A DNA stretch of 64,000 bases from Geosiphon pyriformis uo1 (Eukaryota > Fungi > Glomeromycota): contig JAAOMT010000695.1 in the NCBI GenBank assembly GCA_016748015.1, positions 1 to 64,000 on the forward strand. Reading direction: 5' to 3'. The position numbers and the translations under genes are program-made. Positions 1-12,604 of this stretch are shown here, piece by piece. A model generated the notes under the pieces. That model was not told where the DNA came from. It did not search any database and worked only from the letters and a program-made list of their open reading frames with translations. The first letter of the stretch is position 1, and the number at the start of each line of letters is the position of its first letter.

Positions 1-1940
1 ACAAGGCAGTTAGGCCCCCATGATCCTGATGATGTTGCTATTTGTACAGCTTGACATCTCTTGCCCTGTCCTTGACAAAAGATTTGTTGTTGCCAATTAC
101 AAGATGCCCAAGGAAAGCTCTGGACCCCAAGACATTGAGGATTGAGTTGAAAGCCTTGTGTTTCACGAGTTGTGGGAGGCTGTTCAACGGGTTTGGTGGG
201 ACCATTATCGTCTTGAGCAGTCACAGTAAATGTGTTAAAAGCAATCAAAGCAAAAACTAAAAAGACCAAAACTAATTTTTTAAAAGTTGATTGGGGTGTC
301 ATATTGAAGGTTTTTCTCAAAATGTTTTATTGTCTTTATGGAGAAAGTAGACTAAGGCAATAGAATTTTTTTACTTTGATAATTAAAGCTTGTTAATTTG
401 GAATTTAGAGAACGAGAGCCCTTATTTTTATAAGAAAAATATTCTCGAATTTCGTTTATATGCTAAAGGATAAGTTAATTTGAAGGAAAGAGTGAAAGAT
501 TCAAAGATTATTTTCAATGATTGAATGAAAATAACTAAATTTGGATATAAGATTATCAGAATAAAAACGATTTTTTTTTCACGCTTATCTAACTCTCTCT
601 CACTTTTTTTCATTTTTATTCCCAATGCTTCATTGAGAAAGAGTAGGTATTCACTATATACATAGCGAATGCTTGAAAAAATAGAATTTTCATAGTTGAA
701 TGTGCAGATCCCTTGTGATTACATTTCGATCTTCTGTCGATTTTACTATTTTACTATTTTCTGCTAGAATACAAAAAAAATTTTATCTCGGACATGATAA
801 AATTTTCAAGTAAAGGTAGAAAAAGCTAGAAACTTTCAATCAGTTCATTGAACAAATAAGTTCATTATATTAAATATCAGGAAATCTTTAAACTTATTAA
901 GATCTATGTATTTTGTATTATTTCTAGTAAAGAAGGCTACCGGAGCAGTTTACACCAAATGATTATTTTATAAGTAGTATGCTATTATTTTTTGGGATTA
1001 CAAGATACAGCTAACATACATTTAAACATATATGATGTTTAAACTGTGGATTATTTGTGCCTCATATCATTATTATTTAAGATAAAATAAAATAAAATAT
1101 ATTGGCTAACATACTTGATTTAAAACATATTTGAAATATGTTTTATTAGATAATAGATTAAATAAACTATAATTAATGAACATTCTTGAAAACCCCCATT
1201 GAAAATCTTACCAATTCTACAAAATGAATTAATCTATTTATCGAAGATATTCAAACAAACCAAAAAGCTTTGGTTATTTAGAAGTTGAATCAGGTCTTCA
1301 AAGTGAGCCACGGCCAAATGTATATGAGTGTCTAGTACCTTTAACACTGAAAGATATAGGTTAGAATCGCCCGAAATGAACGTTGAAAAATTCAATTTCT
1401 GCTTTAGAAATTTGTAATGCAGATGCTTACGGAGATATGGACACAGTTATTATGTTTCATTTGAGTCATTATTTTGGTCATTTAATAAGTATTGGCAATA
1501 TGTAAATGTAATAAAAAATTCAGGGCTATATGAATGTTGTGTCTAAATAATATTGAATGATTTTGACGGAGCCAAGGTTGTATAAGCTATTTGAAAACTG
1601 AAATTGCCTATCCTAAAATTTAGCAATTGGAAAATTCGTTGAAAACTATGTCTTAAAACACCATCTAAAGTTTATAAGCTTAATTAGCGAGGAAAAACAA
1701 CTATGCATTTAAAAGTGATATTTCTAAGCTATTCAGCTAAAAGCGTTTTATGGTTCTAACCTGTGATAGAAACTTTAAATTCAGAGATCACTTTTTATCA
1801 AAAACGACTTTTAAGTTCTAAAGTTTTCTTGATGTTTAAAAAATAGATTCAGTGATGTTCTTTTAACTTTATTGTGAAGATAAAAATGGTAGCCTATAGA
1901 ATATTCTGCCAGTAAAAATTTCCGATGAATCAAAGCGAAT

Positions 1941-3438
1941 TTATCTTTTGATAATTTGAAAAACTTCATACTCCTCAACAAAAAATCTTACCCGTTGATT
2001 TCCTAACCCAGGCATTATAGGATGCTCATAATCTGTTGTCTTTTGACAAAAGCACCCTGGACTATTTTTAAAATTATAGCTATTTAATGCTATACTGCTA
2101 TCTGCGAAAGAAGGCCCATAATTGAACCCACCATAAGGTCCATATGTGCCAACAAATTTGCTAAGTTTAGCATTTCCAGCTTTGCCATCTCCAAGGGAAA
2201 AAATGAAACTTCCTTCTCCCTCCAAAAAACCATTCCTAGAATGCCACCATTGTGGATTATAGCCGCCAATTAGCTGTCCCGTTCCTTTCACTTTGATTAC
2301 GCTGACTGTTGCTCCTTTATCATCACATAATCGATGAAAATCGGCTGGAGTGAATCCGTCTCGACTGCCTTGAAGTAACAACTTAAAATCATTTACAAGT
2401 TGATTTTAAAAAGGAGTATTTTTCATCTTTGTCTTGAACCCAATGATTAAGCTGTTTTATATTATGTGATTGAAGAAGCTTTGAATCAACATTTGATCGT
2501 AATGGCTGAGCATCTACGGACTTTTGATGACTACCCGGTACGAGATAATGATGTAAAAGATCTTCGTATAAAGTTCCAGGTAAGATTCTCGCAAATGGTT
2601 TTACTTTGTTATAGAAGTCAACTGAAGATATGTTAAAGAAGCGGATTAAAGGTAGAAGTCCTTCAATATATTCCTTCAATGCGTTAAAGTTTTCATCTGT
2701 CCAGGTAAAAACTTCTTTCATCTGAATATTTTTATCCAATTTAGCAACTCCCCATTCCACAATCTTTTCCCATATCTTAAATTCTTCTATATTTAGATCA
2801 TCCCGAGTTAAAATTGAGGAAGGAGCATTTTCACTAAGGGAGGTGAAGTCTTGGGAATTGAAGACTATAGCTGGATTGTTACCAGCTATTTCTGTGCAAA
2901 AATTTTGTAACTTTTGAAAGAATCATGCATAAATGAAGTTGTCTGCAAAGTGACAAAATTTTCCTCTAGTTCTTTTGAATGGTGTTCAATCAAATAGTCT
3001 TCAAGGGGATCAATAAGATTCTCTAAAATAAATTCGTCAGCGGCAACAAGCAATTCTAAAATAATAGGTACTCCATGTTCATCAAGAGAGATCTCGCCTT
3101 TATAAATATATCTGTACAGGAAAATGAAACATATGAATTTATGTTGGCCAAAAATACTTTGAAGCAAATAAAAACCCTTACATGAGAATTATCTCAAAAA
3201 TTTTAGGTGAAATATTAGGTTTAGCGAAGATAATGGTATTATTTTCCCTTTTAACCCAATTACTAGAGAGTGCTATAGCAAAATATGGTGATCTTGCTGC
3301 TAAAATTTGGGAATGAGATTGAAAAGTTCTGATATTAGACGTGTCTCCAACAACAATCCTAACATCAGAGAATTTCTGACTCTCTAGTAAATTCCCAAAA
3401 TTATTGGATAAAAGGTGAAAGAATTGCTGGAGTGCCAT
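1941..3438 (-). pseudogene. BTB/POZ-BACK-TLDc domain gene, frameshifted
   Basis: ATG at 3438 (MALQQFF...FSDVRIVVG...HSQILAARSPYF = BTB), one intron ~3113-3181, BACK-like segment, TLDc C-terminus (GSRDGF..FHRLCDDKGATV..IGGYNP..EEYEVF). Relative to the paralog at 58.4-59.5 kb there is a 1-bp deletion in an A-run near 2913 and a 1-bp insertion near 2420 followed by GAA>TAA. Confidence 0.85.
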
Positions 3439-4189
3439 TGATAATGAAAGATCTTTTCCCACGTACTAGTATTTATCAATTGAACAATTAATTCTGATCT
3501 TCTGACTCCCTATTACATTTTGGTCCCTTAAATATATTGTCTGCATCAAATCGCCTTCGAAGATTAAACCTCTAATCGAAAAGTATGAAATATCAAAACG
3601 AATTTTCGGTTTTTTTGATCAAGTAAACAGTTGAGGTAAATAATAGCATGCTCAAAAAGATATTTATCATTTATATTATTTAATAAAACCCCCATCCCAT
3701 AATTAAAAAATATTGCTCTCTGATAATATTTAATAATATGATGGACCCTGATATTGATATAACCACTATTCAATCAATTCACTTAGAATTACCCTTACAA
3801 TTTTATTTAATTGTCCTTCTTGTTTTGAAACTGATATGAGTCAAAGAATAAATAAACAACTTCATTATATTAAACTTATTTTTATTATCATAAAAATATG
3901 CCTAAAAAACCTTGAACCGCTATATGATAACATCATATTTCCTCATATTTATCAAATAAAAATATAACAATACGCATAAATAAACGGCTAGCCTTGTAAA
4001 TTAAATGGTTTAATTTTTAATAATTTGAAACCTTGTAAAGATTTAAACCACCATTCTTTTCCTTATTTTCTATGAATAGAAGTGCATGCGGTAAGCTAAA
4101 AATAATTTCTAAAAATAAATTTTTTTTGCCTTTTATAATATTGATGTTAATAAAAACAAAATTTTCAAAATACATATTAATTATAATGA

Positions 4190-4225
4190 ATATGTAAATA
4201 TAAATATAAATATAAATATAAATAT
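4190..4225. repeat. (ATATAA)n microsatellite
   Basis: taaata/aatata hexamer repeated about 5 times. Confidence 0.8.
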
Positions 4226-4756
4226 CATTGATAAAGAAATGTTTTATAATCAATAGGCATCACAGTCAAAAGTATAAGAGTCAAAATAACCAATCTTTAA
4301 CCGATAATATAAAGCTAAAAAGGATAAAACAGATGACAATTAAGAATACTTAGAAACTAATTGTTGAACTCAAGGAAAACTTCACTAGTGTTATTTTAGA
4401 AGCTAGATATGAAAGCAGAAGATTGAAATCAAATTAATTGACAGATTTTCTCATGTTAATTTATTAAAAACCAGTTTCTAAATAATGTTTAATTAAAAAT
4501 TATTTTCAGAAGCGGCTAGGGGTTAGAAAAGACCTTTAAAACTAGATTATGCATATTATGCATTTAATGAGCTATTGAAACCAGCAATCACCAATCAAAG
4601 TGCACTAAGGCAATGAGTCAATTTGAGTTCCAGACGATCTCTACCCGTAAAAGTAAGCGTCAATTTTTCGTCAATGTGATGAAGGATTAAAATCCTTATT
4701 TATTAGCAAGACGACTCTTTAAATATCCTTCTTTTCCCAATACAAAATATTCAATC

Positions 4757-7611
4757 ATGTCTTCAACTTCAATTGAAAACGCAGCTTCACCCCTCGACTG
4801 GCTTGAAGAAGCATTGATTGTCATCAAAGAAAATTTGGCCATTTACCCAGTTAGAGAATATTCAAAAATTGCTAACTTGGTGAAAATATATCTTAGGCAC
4901 AATCAGAAAACACCTGAAGACTTATTCAATTGCTTGAATAATAAAAGTTTAAAGCGTTCGATAGACAATATTTTACTCGGCTTTTCTTTAGAATATGGGA
5001 TTGGAACTCTTCCTAATTTAACAAAAGCCTTTTTAGAATTTCAGAAAGCAGCAAACGCAGAAGATTCTTTTGGACAATTCTTCCTAGGACGTTGTTATGA
5101 TGATGGAATCGGTACTTCACAAGATCGAGAAAAAGCATTTAAACTCTATTCAAAAGCAGTAGAGGCGGGAGATACGAATGCTCAAAAATCTCTTGGAAAT
5201 TGTTATTTTCATGGATGGGGAACAACGAAAAGTGACGAAAAAGGATTTGAACTTTATTCAAAAGCAGCAGAGGCGGGACATTTAGGCGCCCAATACAATC
5301 TTGCAGTTTGTTATGCTAATGGATGGGGAACGACGAAAAATTCGGAAAAAGCATTTGAACTCTATTCAAAAGCTGCAGAGACGGGATATTTAGATGCGCA
5401 ATACAATCTTGCAGTTTGTTATGCTAATGGAGAAGGAACGATAAAAAATTCGGAAAAAGCATTTGAACTCTATTCAAAATTAGCGGAGGCGGGAAATACA
5501 AGACCACAATACAATCTTGCAGTTTGTTATGCTAATGGAGAAGGAACGATGAAAAATTCGGAAAAAGCATTTGAATTCTATTTAAAAGCAGCAGAGGGGG
5601 GAGATTCAGATGCACAATACCATCTTGCACGTTGTTACGATAAGGGATTAGGAACGACGAGAGATTCAGAAAAAGCATTTGAACTCTATTCAAAAGCAGC
5701 AGAGGCGGGAAGTTTACTTGGGCAAATCGGTCTTAGAGCATATTATCGAAATCGATTGGAGACAACAGAAGATCTGGGAAAAGAGGAAAATCCGAGTCCA
5801 CAAACTAGTATTGGAACGTATTATCGAAATGAACGTGGAATAGTGAAAAATCTAGAAGAAACATTTCAATTCTATTTAAAAACAGCAGAGGAGGGAAATC
5901 AAAATGCACAATATAACCTTGGATGGTGTTATCAAAATGGATGGGGAACCGCAAAAAATTTAGAAAAAACATTTGAACTTTATTTAAAAGCAGCAGAAGC
6001 AAATAACTTATGTTATCAAAGTGATTTTCCAGATTTGAATGTCCATGAGCTTACTTTAGAGGATCAAGATAATCTGGAATATACCATTTTACGATTCCAA
6101 AATCGAGGCTTCAAATACCTAGATCATTTGAAAGGAGAATTTTTAGATTTTGAAGCTTTCTTTGACAAGCTTTCAGATGAATTCAAGTGTTTTAAATGTG
6201 GCAACTTGGGTATAATCATTAGTGGATCTCCTATATGTCCATTTTGCGATACTGATAAAAGTGATAATATCGTTAAAGCCGGGTTGCCTAAATGTCTAGA
6301 ATGCGATGGAACATTAAAAAATCCACTCTGGTGTAAATCTTGTGAATATCTACGATATTCAGAGAGTTGCGGAACATGGAATAGTGGAAATGATAATATT
6401 GATCTGTATATAGATCATGTACAAAGAATTTCTGCAAGCTGCAGGGAATTTTTAGAATGGATTTCTCCTGACGAGATCACATTTTTAGATGAGGTGGGAA
6501 CTGGGGGATTTGGTATTGTTAAAGAAGGTAGATGGGAGAGAGGCAGAATTCTATTTTGGGACAAGAAAAATCAAAAATATGAACGAACTGGGGTTACTAA
6601 AGTTGCTTTAAAATGTCTTAAAGACAGCCAAAATATAGAATATATCAATTCAGATGAGGTATTGCTTTTTAAGTAATCTATGTGATTTTTATTGTCTCTA
6701 TTTATCCTCTAAAACCAAAAAATTCATTGAAATAGTTTATTGCACATCTTACAAGTGCATCTTGCAAATATATCCTTGAATGCTATGGAATAACCAAAGA
6801 TGTTACAACCGATGGGTTTGTTATGGTTTTACCATTTGCGGAACACGGGGACCTCAGAGCTTTTCTCAAGTTAAACGAAGATATTCTTACTTGGGACATG
6901 TTTCTTCGTATTCTTTTTCAAATCGCTGGTGGCCTAAGATTTATACATGAATCAAAACTGGTCCATGGGGACTTGCATCCTGGAAATATCCTTGTTTTAA
7001 AAACAAACCCCTTAAAAGTTGTCATTTCTGATCTTGGACTCTGTCGTCCAGCAGATTACGCTCCACAGTCTGAGAAAATTTATGGTGTACTTGAGTATCT
7101 TGCGCCCGAAATTTGCAAAGGGGGTTCTCATACTAAGTATAGCGATATATACAGCTTTGCTATCATTTCATGTGAAATTATATCGGGAGAAAGACCTTTG
7201 AATAATACAGATTCTATTTACGTGCGATTTGATGTTATTGATGGAAAGCGTCCTACAATCAAGAAACATACACCTCAATGTATTCAGAAAATAATTGAAA
7301 AAAATTGGCAATATGATTCGTATTGTCGTGATAGTGCAGAAGAACTTCAACAAAGAGTTATTGCTGCTCGCAATAACTGTAACTTAAATGAACCCGTCCG
7401 TGAGAAAAGACTTAATACCGAAGAGATAGAAGGAGCTCAACATGATTCGACAAGATATAAAAGTCAATTAATCTCAAACTCTACATTTTCAATGAGTGGT
7501 AAGACTTTCATTTATCATATTTTAATGGTTAAAGAAATTTTTTAATTTAAACGTTTTTTTCCAGATCTGGATTGTGCTATTAGCATCAGTTATATGAAAA
7601 AAACACGTTGA
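4757..7611 (+). CDS. Sel1-like repeat / Cys-rich linker / TKL-type protein kinase (3 exons: 4757-6658, 6736-7498, 7565-7611)
   Basis: 36-aa Sel1 repeats (AQYNLAVCYANGxGTxKNSEKAFELYSKAAEAG); CxxC motifs and WNSGNDNID; kinase motifs GTGGFG, VALK, HGDLHPGNIL, DLG, APE, SDIYSF. GT..AG introns join the frames. Confidence 0.9.
5130..5710 (+). repeat. 108-bp tandem coding repeats (Sel1 units)
   Basis: aaaagcatttgaactctattcaaaagc recurs at about 5131, 5239, 5347, 5455, 5563 and 5671 (period 108). Confidence 0.9.
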
Positions 7612-9612
7612 CCATATCAGTAAGCACTTTCAATTTATTATAATAATGATATTAATTGTTTTTATTGATATTTAACTATAGCATGGTATGAAACAGATGA
7701 AGATAGATATAGTTAATAAATTGTAATAAAAATTTTTCTCTAATCTCAAGAATTATTTTGAATACTTCCTTAAATATCTATAAAAACATTATTTATTTGA
7801 ATTAACAACCTATTTAATTTAATAATTTTAAACCATTACTTTGCAATGATATAAAAACTTAATATGAAAAGAAAAACTTCACCCGTAATACATATGTTAC
7901 ATATATCACAAGCTCACAAAAAAAACATTATTTTCTTATTCTTGCTTAAAAAATAAAATTTTCTCAGGCACAAAAGGTTAATCCAACATTTTCTAATATT
8001 ATATTAGTAAGTCAAATTTGGTGTAGAAGAAAATTCCCAATTTAATGATAGAAAATGTAATATTCAAACAAAAATCTGATAATTGGCAAATTTTCATTTC
8101 AGCATTCATCGAAATAGCAGTTTAAAATATAAAAGTATCATAAGTTTCTGACGGCTAACCCTTTGATAAATAATTTGAAACTTTTGGTTTTAGTTTCAGT
8201 TTCCCGAAAACTTGAAAAATCTATTTAAATACGATATATTGTCAATTTAAAATTAAATTCAAAATTTTTGGTCCAAAATTTCTTTTATTTACAAATTAAA
8301 AAAAAAACAATTCGACAATTAAATCTCTGATTTAAAAATTATTTAGAAAAAAACCATTTTTAGATAATTTAAATTTGGCTTTTTCCATTAATACATTTGA
8401 AAAAGGTTAAAAACTAAATAAATAAAATTTCTTAAAAGATAATAAAATATATATTTATTAAAAATCAATTTTATTGGTCCGGAAATATTTTTCATCATTA
8501 AAAGTGAGGCATTTTTCGAAAATTTAAGCATAATTTAAACATATTGCATGTAATTTTTATTTTTTTTTATTTCAATTAAATAAAAATATTAATTTTCTAA
8601 TTAAACTTATTAATTTACCATCTCCAAAAGTAAGAAATTGTTGTTTTTCAATTTGACAAAAATAATCTCCAGAGTTATTATGATACATGAACAAATATTC
8701 TAATATTAGATGATGACCAATTTGAAACTATTATTCGTTAACATGGTATAGCTTTATAGCTTTAAAAAAATGGAACCTTTTTTGAATATGCTAGATATTG
8801 TAAATTATTATATATGCTTTTATTTTTATATACTATCAAATCATTTTTGGAACAAGAACAAATCCTATGATTAAGATTGCAAACAAGTAAAACATTGAAT
8901 AATGTGGCTAAAAAATCCATGGGACAAAGATTTCTTGCATTTTACAAATCTCTATTAATATTATTATCAAACAACTTGGAATATTGTATTCAAAAAATAA
9001 GGCATCTGATTATTGAAAGTGAGCACCAATATTCTGTTGTCCTTGAGGAAACCTTTAAGAACATACTACAACTTGAACCAATCTACCCTAAAAGTCCCAA
9101 AAATATCTTCAATCACAAGAAACTACATGTATTAAAAGGTCATAATCATTATATAGTTCGTTTAGTATTGAAATAATTAAAGATTTTCATGTTAAACTCG
9201 ATTTTAAAAGAGAAAATTATATAATTAATAAGCTAATATCTTGTATTGAGTGTAGAGTTTAAGCTTTAACATTTAATCTTTTAAACTAAAAATATAGATA
9301 TAAGTTTAAATTTTTCTCGGAAAAATAAAGAAATTCTTGGTAAAAAAATCCAAATAATTAATCAAAGCATAAACATGTCAACTGACATCATAAAAATTCG
9401 TCAAGGCTTGTGCAAAAATCAACAATTTTCTACTTTTTGCAGCTGTCTTAATAACTATCTTATTAAATAATAATAAGAAAAAACATATAATAATATAGTA
9501 AGCAAAATCATGTTTTTAGCTGAACAAAATTACATTATTACCAAATAAAAATGTTTTGCAATTGTATAAATAACAAATTATTGAATTTATAGAGTTGTTG
9601 TGTTTATTCTCG

Positions 9613-9662
9613 CCTATAAAAGTACTGTTAATTCTATCCTATAAAAGTACTGTTAATTCTAT
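9613..9662. repeat. Perfect 25-bp tandem duplication
   Basis: cctataaaagtactgttaattctat twice in a row. Confidence 0.9.
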
Positions 9663-9960
9663 CAGAAGATTATTCAATAATAAACAAATTTAGACCACAT
9701 ATAATACGGTAGTTTTGAATTAAAAAATGTGTTTTGGCTTTTTAACTCTTTGGCAGTTGAAAGATTAAGAAAAGAAAAAACCAAAATATTTAATAAAAAA
9801 AAACGATTGATTAGATGATAAAATATATTAACATTGCATGATTATATTATATAGGGCGTTAAAAAGATTTAAAACTTCATTGATACGAACCAAACATATA
9901 TAAACACTCACCTTGTGGTACTATCGCAGACTTTCAATGACCAACCATAACAAACACGCA

Positions 9961-11400
9961 GGCAAGTAATTAAACTTTTTAAGAGCTTTGATTATACTAA
10001 GGCCTTGGGCTTTGTAACTATATTAGCTCTGCACTCGAACGGTCTCCCAGCGCGGACTCCTTCTCTGAACGAGTTGAGAACGTGACAAAATGGTGCTGGT
10101 TGTATGGACTATTTTTTGCGAAAGTCACCAGTTTTAGTCACCAATATTGACCTAAGTTCTTGCAGAAACAGTGCTGCTGTTCTTATATTTTTTCTACAAT
10201 GTATCAGTTGCTTATCAAATAACTAATTTTTTTATTCTTAGTTTAGTTTTCTAATGAATTCTCACGAAAATTGGCTTGCCGACAAACTACAGGCCATGAT
10301 AGCTGCTGGGCGAAAATCCAATAGTATTTAAAATTGATTCGTTTTGCTGCTTTGCCATCTATTTTCGGATAATAAATTTTTATCTTTTCTAGGAGCCTCG
10401 CCGTGAGTGGAATCTTGTTGATTAAACAAGAAAGTCTGATCCAACATCTAGATCTGAATATGATCTTATCGCAGCGGTTAACATGATAGAGAAGTCTATA
10501 TCTCCTTCATCGATGGAGTATTTGTTGTCCTTTGTTCAATGTCTTATAAGTTTATATTTTGTTAATTTTTTTAAGGAAAAAAAACAACTAATATTATTTA
10601 TTGAATCATTAGACGGATCCTGGTCAACTTCGCGCTCTTGTTGACAAGACCCCATGGATTACTTATGATATAACCAAGCATTATGATCTTTGGGCGATCA
10701 AAAATGCAATGAATTTAATGTAAGTGGATTTTTAAATTAGTTTTTAATAAAAAATTAATATTAACAACTATTTTTATTTTCAGACTTACCCATTTCGAAA
10801 TAATGCCATCTCCATTTTCTGATGATCTTTCGGAGGCATGGATCAGTACACATATATTGGTTCCGGTTATCGATTATGTCTTGATGGATGTGATTCTGAT
10901 TTCTCGGTAGGAATTTATTTGAATGACTTTTTTTCAACATGGATTAATTTATTTTTTGAATTTAGTGGTGAATGTAAAGGCCACAATATATATCATATCG
11001 GTATCAGTAGGCATAATGCTAATTATGAACTTTTAAAGGTTATAAAATTCAAAAGTGATGCTGCAGGCCAAATAAAGGCAATTCAAGATTCAAATGTGTT
11101 GTTTCGTGAGGTGAAGGATAGTTTGAATGTAATTTTGTTAACATTACCAAATACTGAGGAAGCTCGACAAATATTTGTTTTAAGAATTCTTTCATCTGGT
11201 ATTTATTTTAACTTATTATTTAATTAGCAGTATTTTTTTATGCTTATTATTTGTTTTTTTTAGCTGAAACTGGAAAGATTTATTTAATGGATAATTCATC
11301 ATGGCTTCAAACTTATCGCTGTTTTGATATCGGAATATTTTGGCTGCCTCGAACTTTTGGCAACAAGAATTATCTCCTTTTAACTTTAAAGGGTAAAGGT
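9961..11400 (+). pseudogene. Decayed multi-exon gene with Crinkler-type / PD-(D/E)xK REase-like C-terminal domain (left copy)
   Basis: Spliced fragments read LSEAWISTHILVPVIDYVL..ISR|GE..KGHN..IGI..NYELLKV..K..DSNVLFREVKDSLNVIL..IFVLRILSS|..IYLMD..TYRCFDIG.FWLPRTF, resembling Mucoromycota REase-fold proteins. Stops and deletions upstream. Confidence 0.6.
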
Positions 11401-11434
11401 AAGTAAAAATGTTGAATGACATTACAACAAATGC

Positions 11435-12604
11435 TATTATGGCCTTTGACCTTCCGACATTTTTTCCTAATCGATGAATTGCGACTCATGCATACACCGC
11501 TAAATTCAAAAAATTATTAATCCATGCTGAAAAAAAGGCATTCAAATAAATTCCTACCGAGAAATCCGATTCCATCAAGACATAATCTATAACCGGAGCC
11601 AATAAATCCTGCCTCCAAAAGATCATCAGCCACAATCTATATGGCGTTATTTCAAAATGGGTAAGTCTAAAACTAATTAATAAATCCACTTACATTAAAT
11701 TCATTGCAGTTTTGATCGCCTGAAGATCATAATGCTTGGTTATATCATAAGTAATCCATGAGGTCTTGTAAAAGTTGACCAGGATCCGTCTAATCATTCA
11801 AAAAAAATTAACAAAATATAAACTTACAAGATATTCAACAAAGGATAAAAAATACTCCATCGATGAAGGAGAGATAGACTTCTCTATCATGTTAACTGCT
11901 GCGATAAGATCCTATTCAGTTTGATCTAGATGTTGGATCAGAGTTTCTTGTTAACCAACATGATTCCACTCGTGGCGGGGCTCCTAAAAAAGATAAAAAT
12001 TTATTATCCGAAAATAGATGGCAAAGCAGCAAAACGAATTAATTTTACATGATATTGGATTTCCTCCCAGCATCTATCATCGCCTGTAGTTTGTCAGCAA
12101 CCGAAATGCTTCCTTTTATATCAGGAACACATTTACCACTTGCCGATTGAGCAAATTGGTCGCTCTTTTAGCAGTTCTACCATCATCCCATTCTTTTAGT
12201 TTCATAAGGGCAAGCATTAGATCTTGCTCCGCAATTCTTTGTTCGGTTTAATGATAGTGAAAATGCTCGTAAAACGATCTCCCAGAGAAAGGTTTCTCGT
12301 ACAGTTTGCTTGCAAGCCAATTTTCGTGAGCATACACTAGCAACTGATACATTGTGGAAAAAAATGTAAAAACAGCAACACTGTTTCTGGCAAGAATTTT
12401 GTCAATTTTGGTGGCTAAAGCTGGAGACTTTCGTAAAAATAGTCCATACAACCAGCATTATTTCGTCACATTCTCAACTCATTCAGAGAAGGAGCCCGCG
12501 CTGGGAGACCATTCGAGTGCAGAGCTAATATCATTGCCGTCGATACGCTAGAACGAAACCCGCCTTGGTATGATCAAAGCTCTTAAAGCGTTTATTTACT
12601 TGCC
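11435..12604 (-). pseudogene. Inverted, 3'-truncated second copy of the same decayed REase-like gene
   Basis: Reverse complement aligns to 9961-10988 (e.g. tattagctctgcactcgaaYggtctcccagcgcgg). It retains GVCMSRNSSIRKKCRKVKGHN and a ~220-bp segment missing from the left copy. Confidence 0.75.

Noticed and set aside
1-260. GC-richer start of the window; one frame reads ..FHELWEAVQRVWWDHY..
   Set aside because: Probably the tail of a decayed mobile element, but it is truncated by the window edge and has no diagnostic motif; the listed 72-aa ORF is unsupported.
5130-5710. Regularly spaced repeats as a CRISPR array
   Set aside because: They are in-frame 108-bp Sel1 coding units.
8640-9180. Coding-like fragment (99-aa ORF)
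   Set aside because: No ATG start or recognisable domain. Similar unassignable fragments occur at 14260-14520, 32200-32800, 36150-36400 and 62240-62560.
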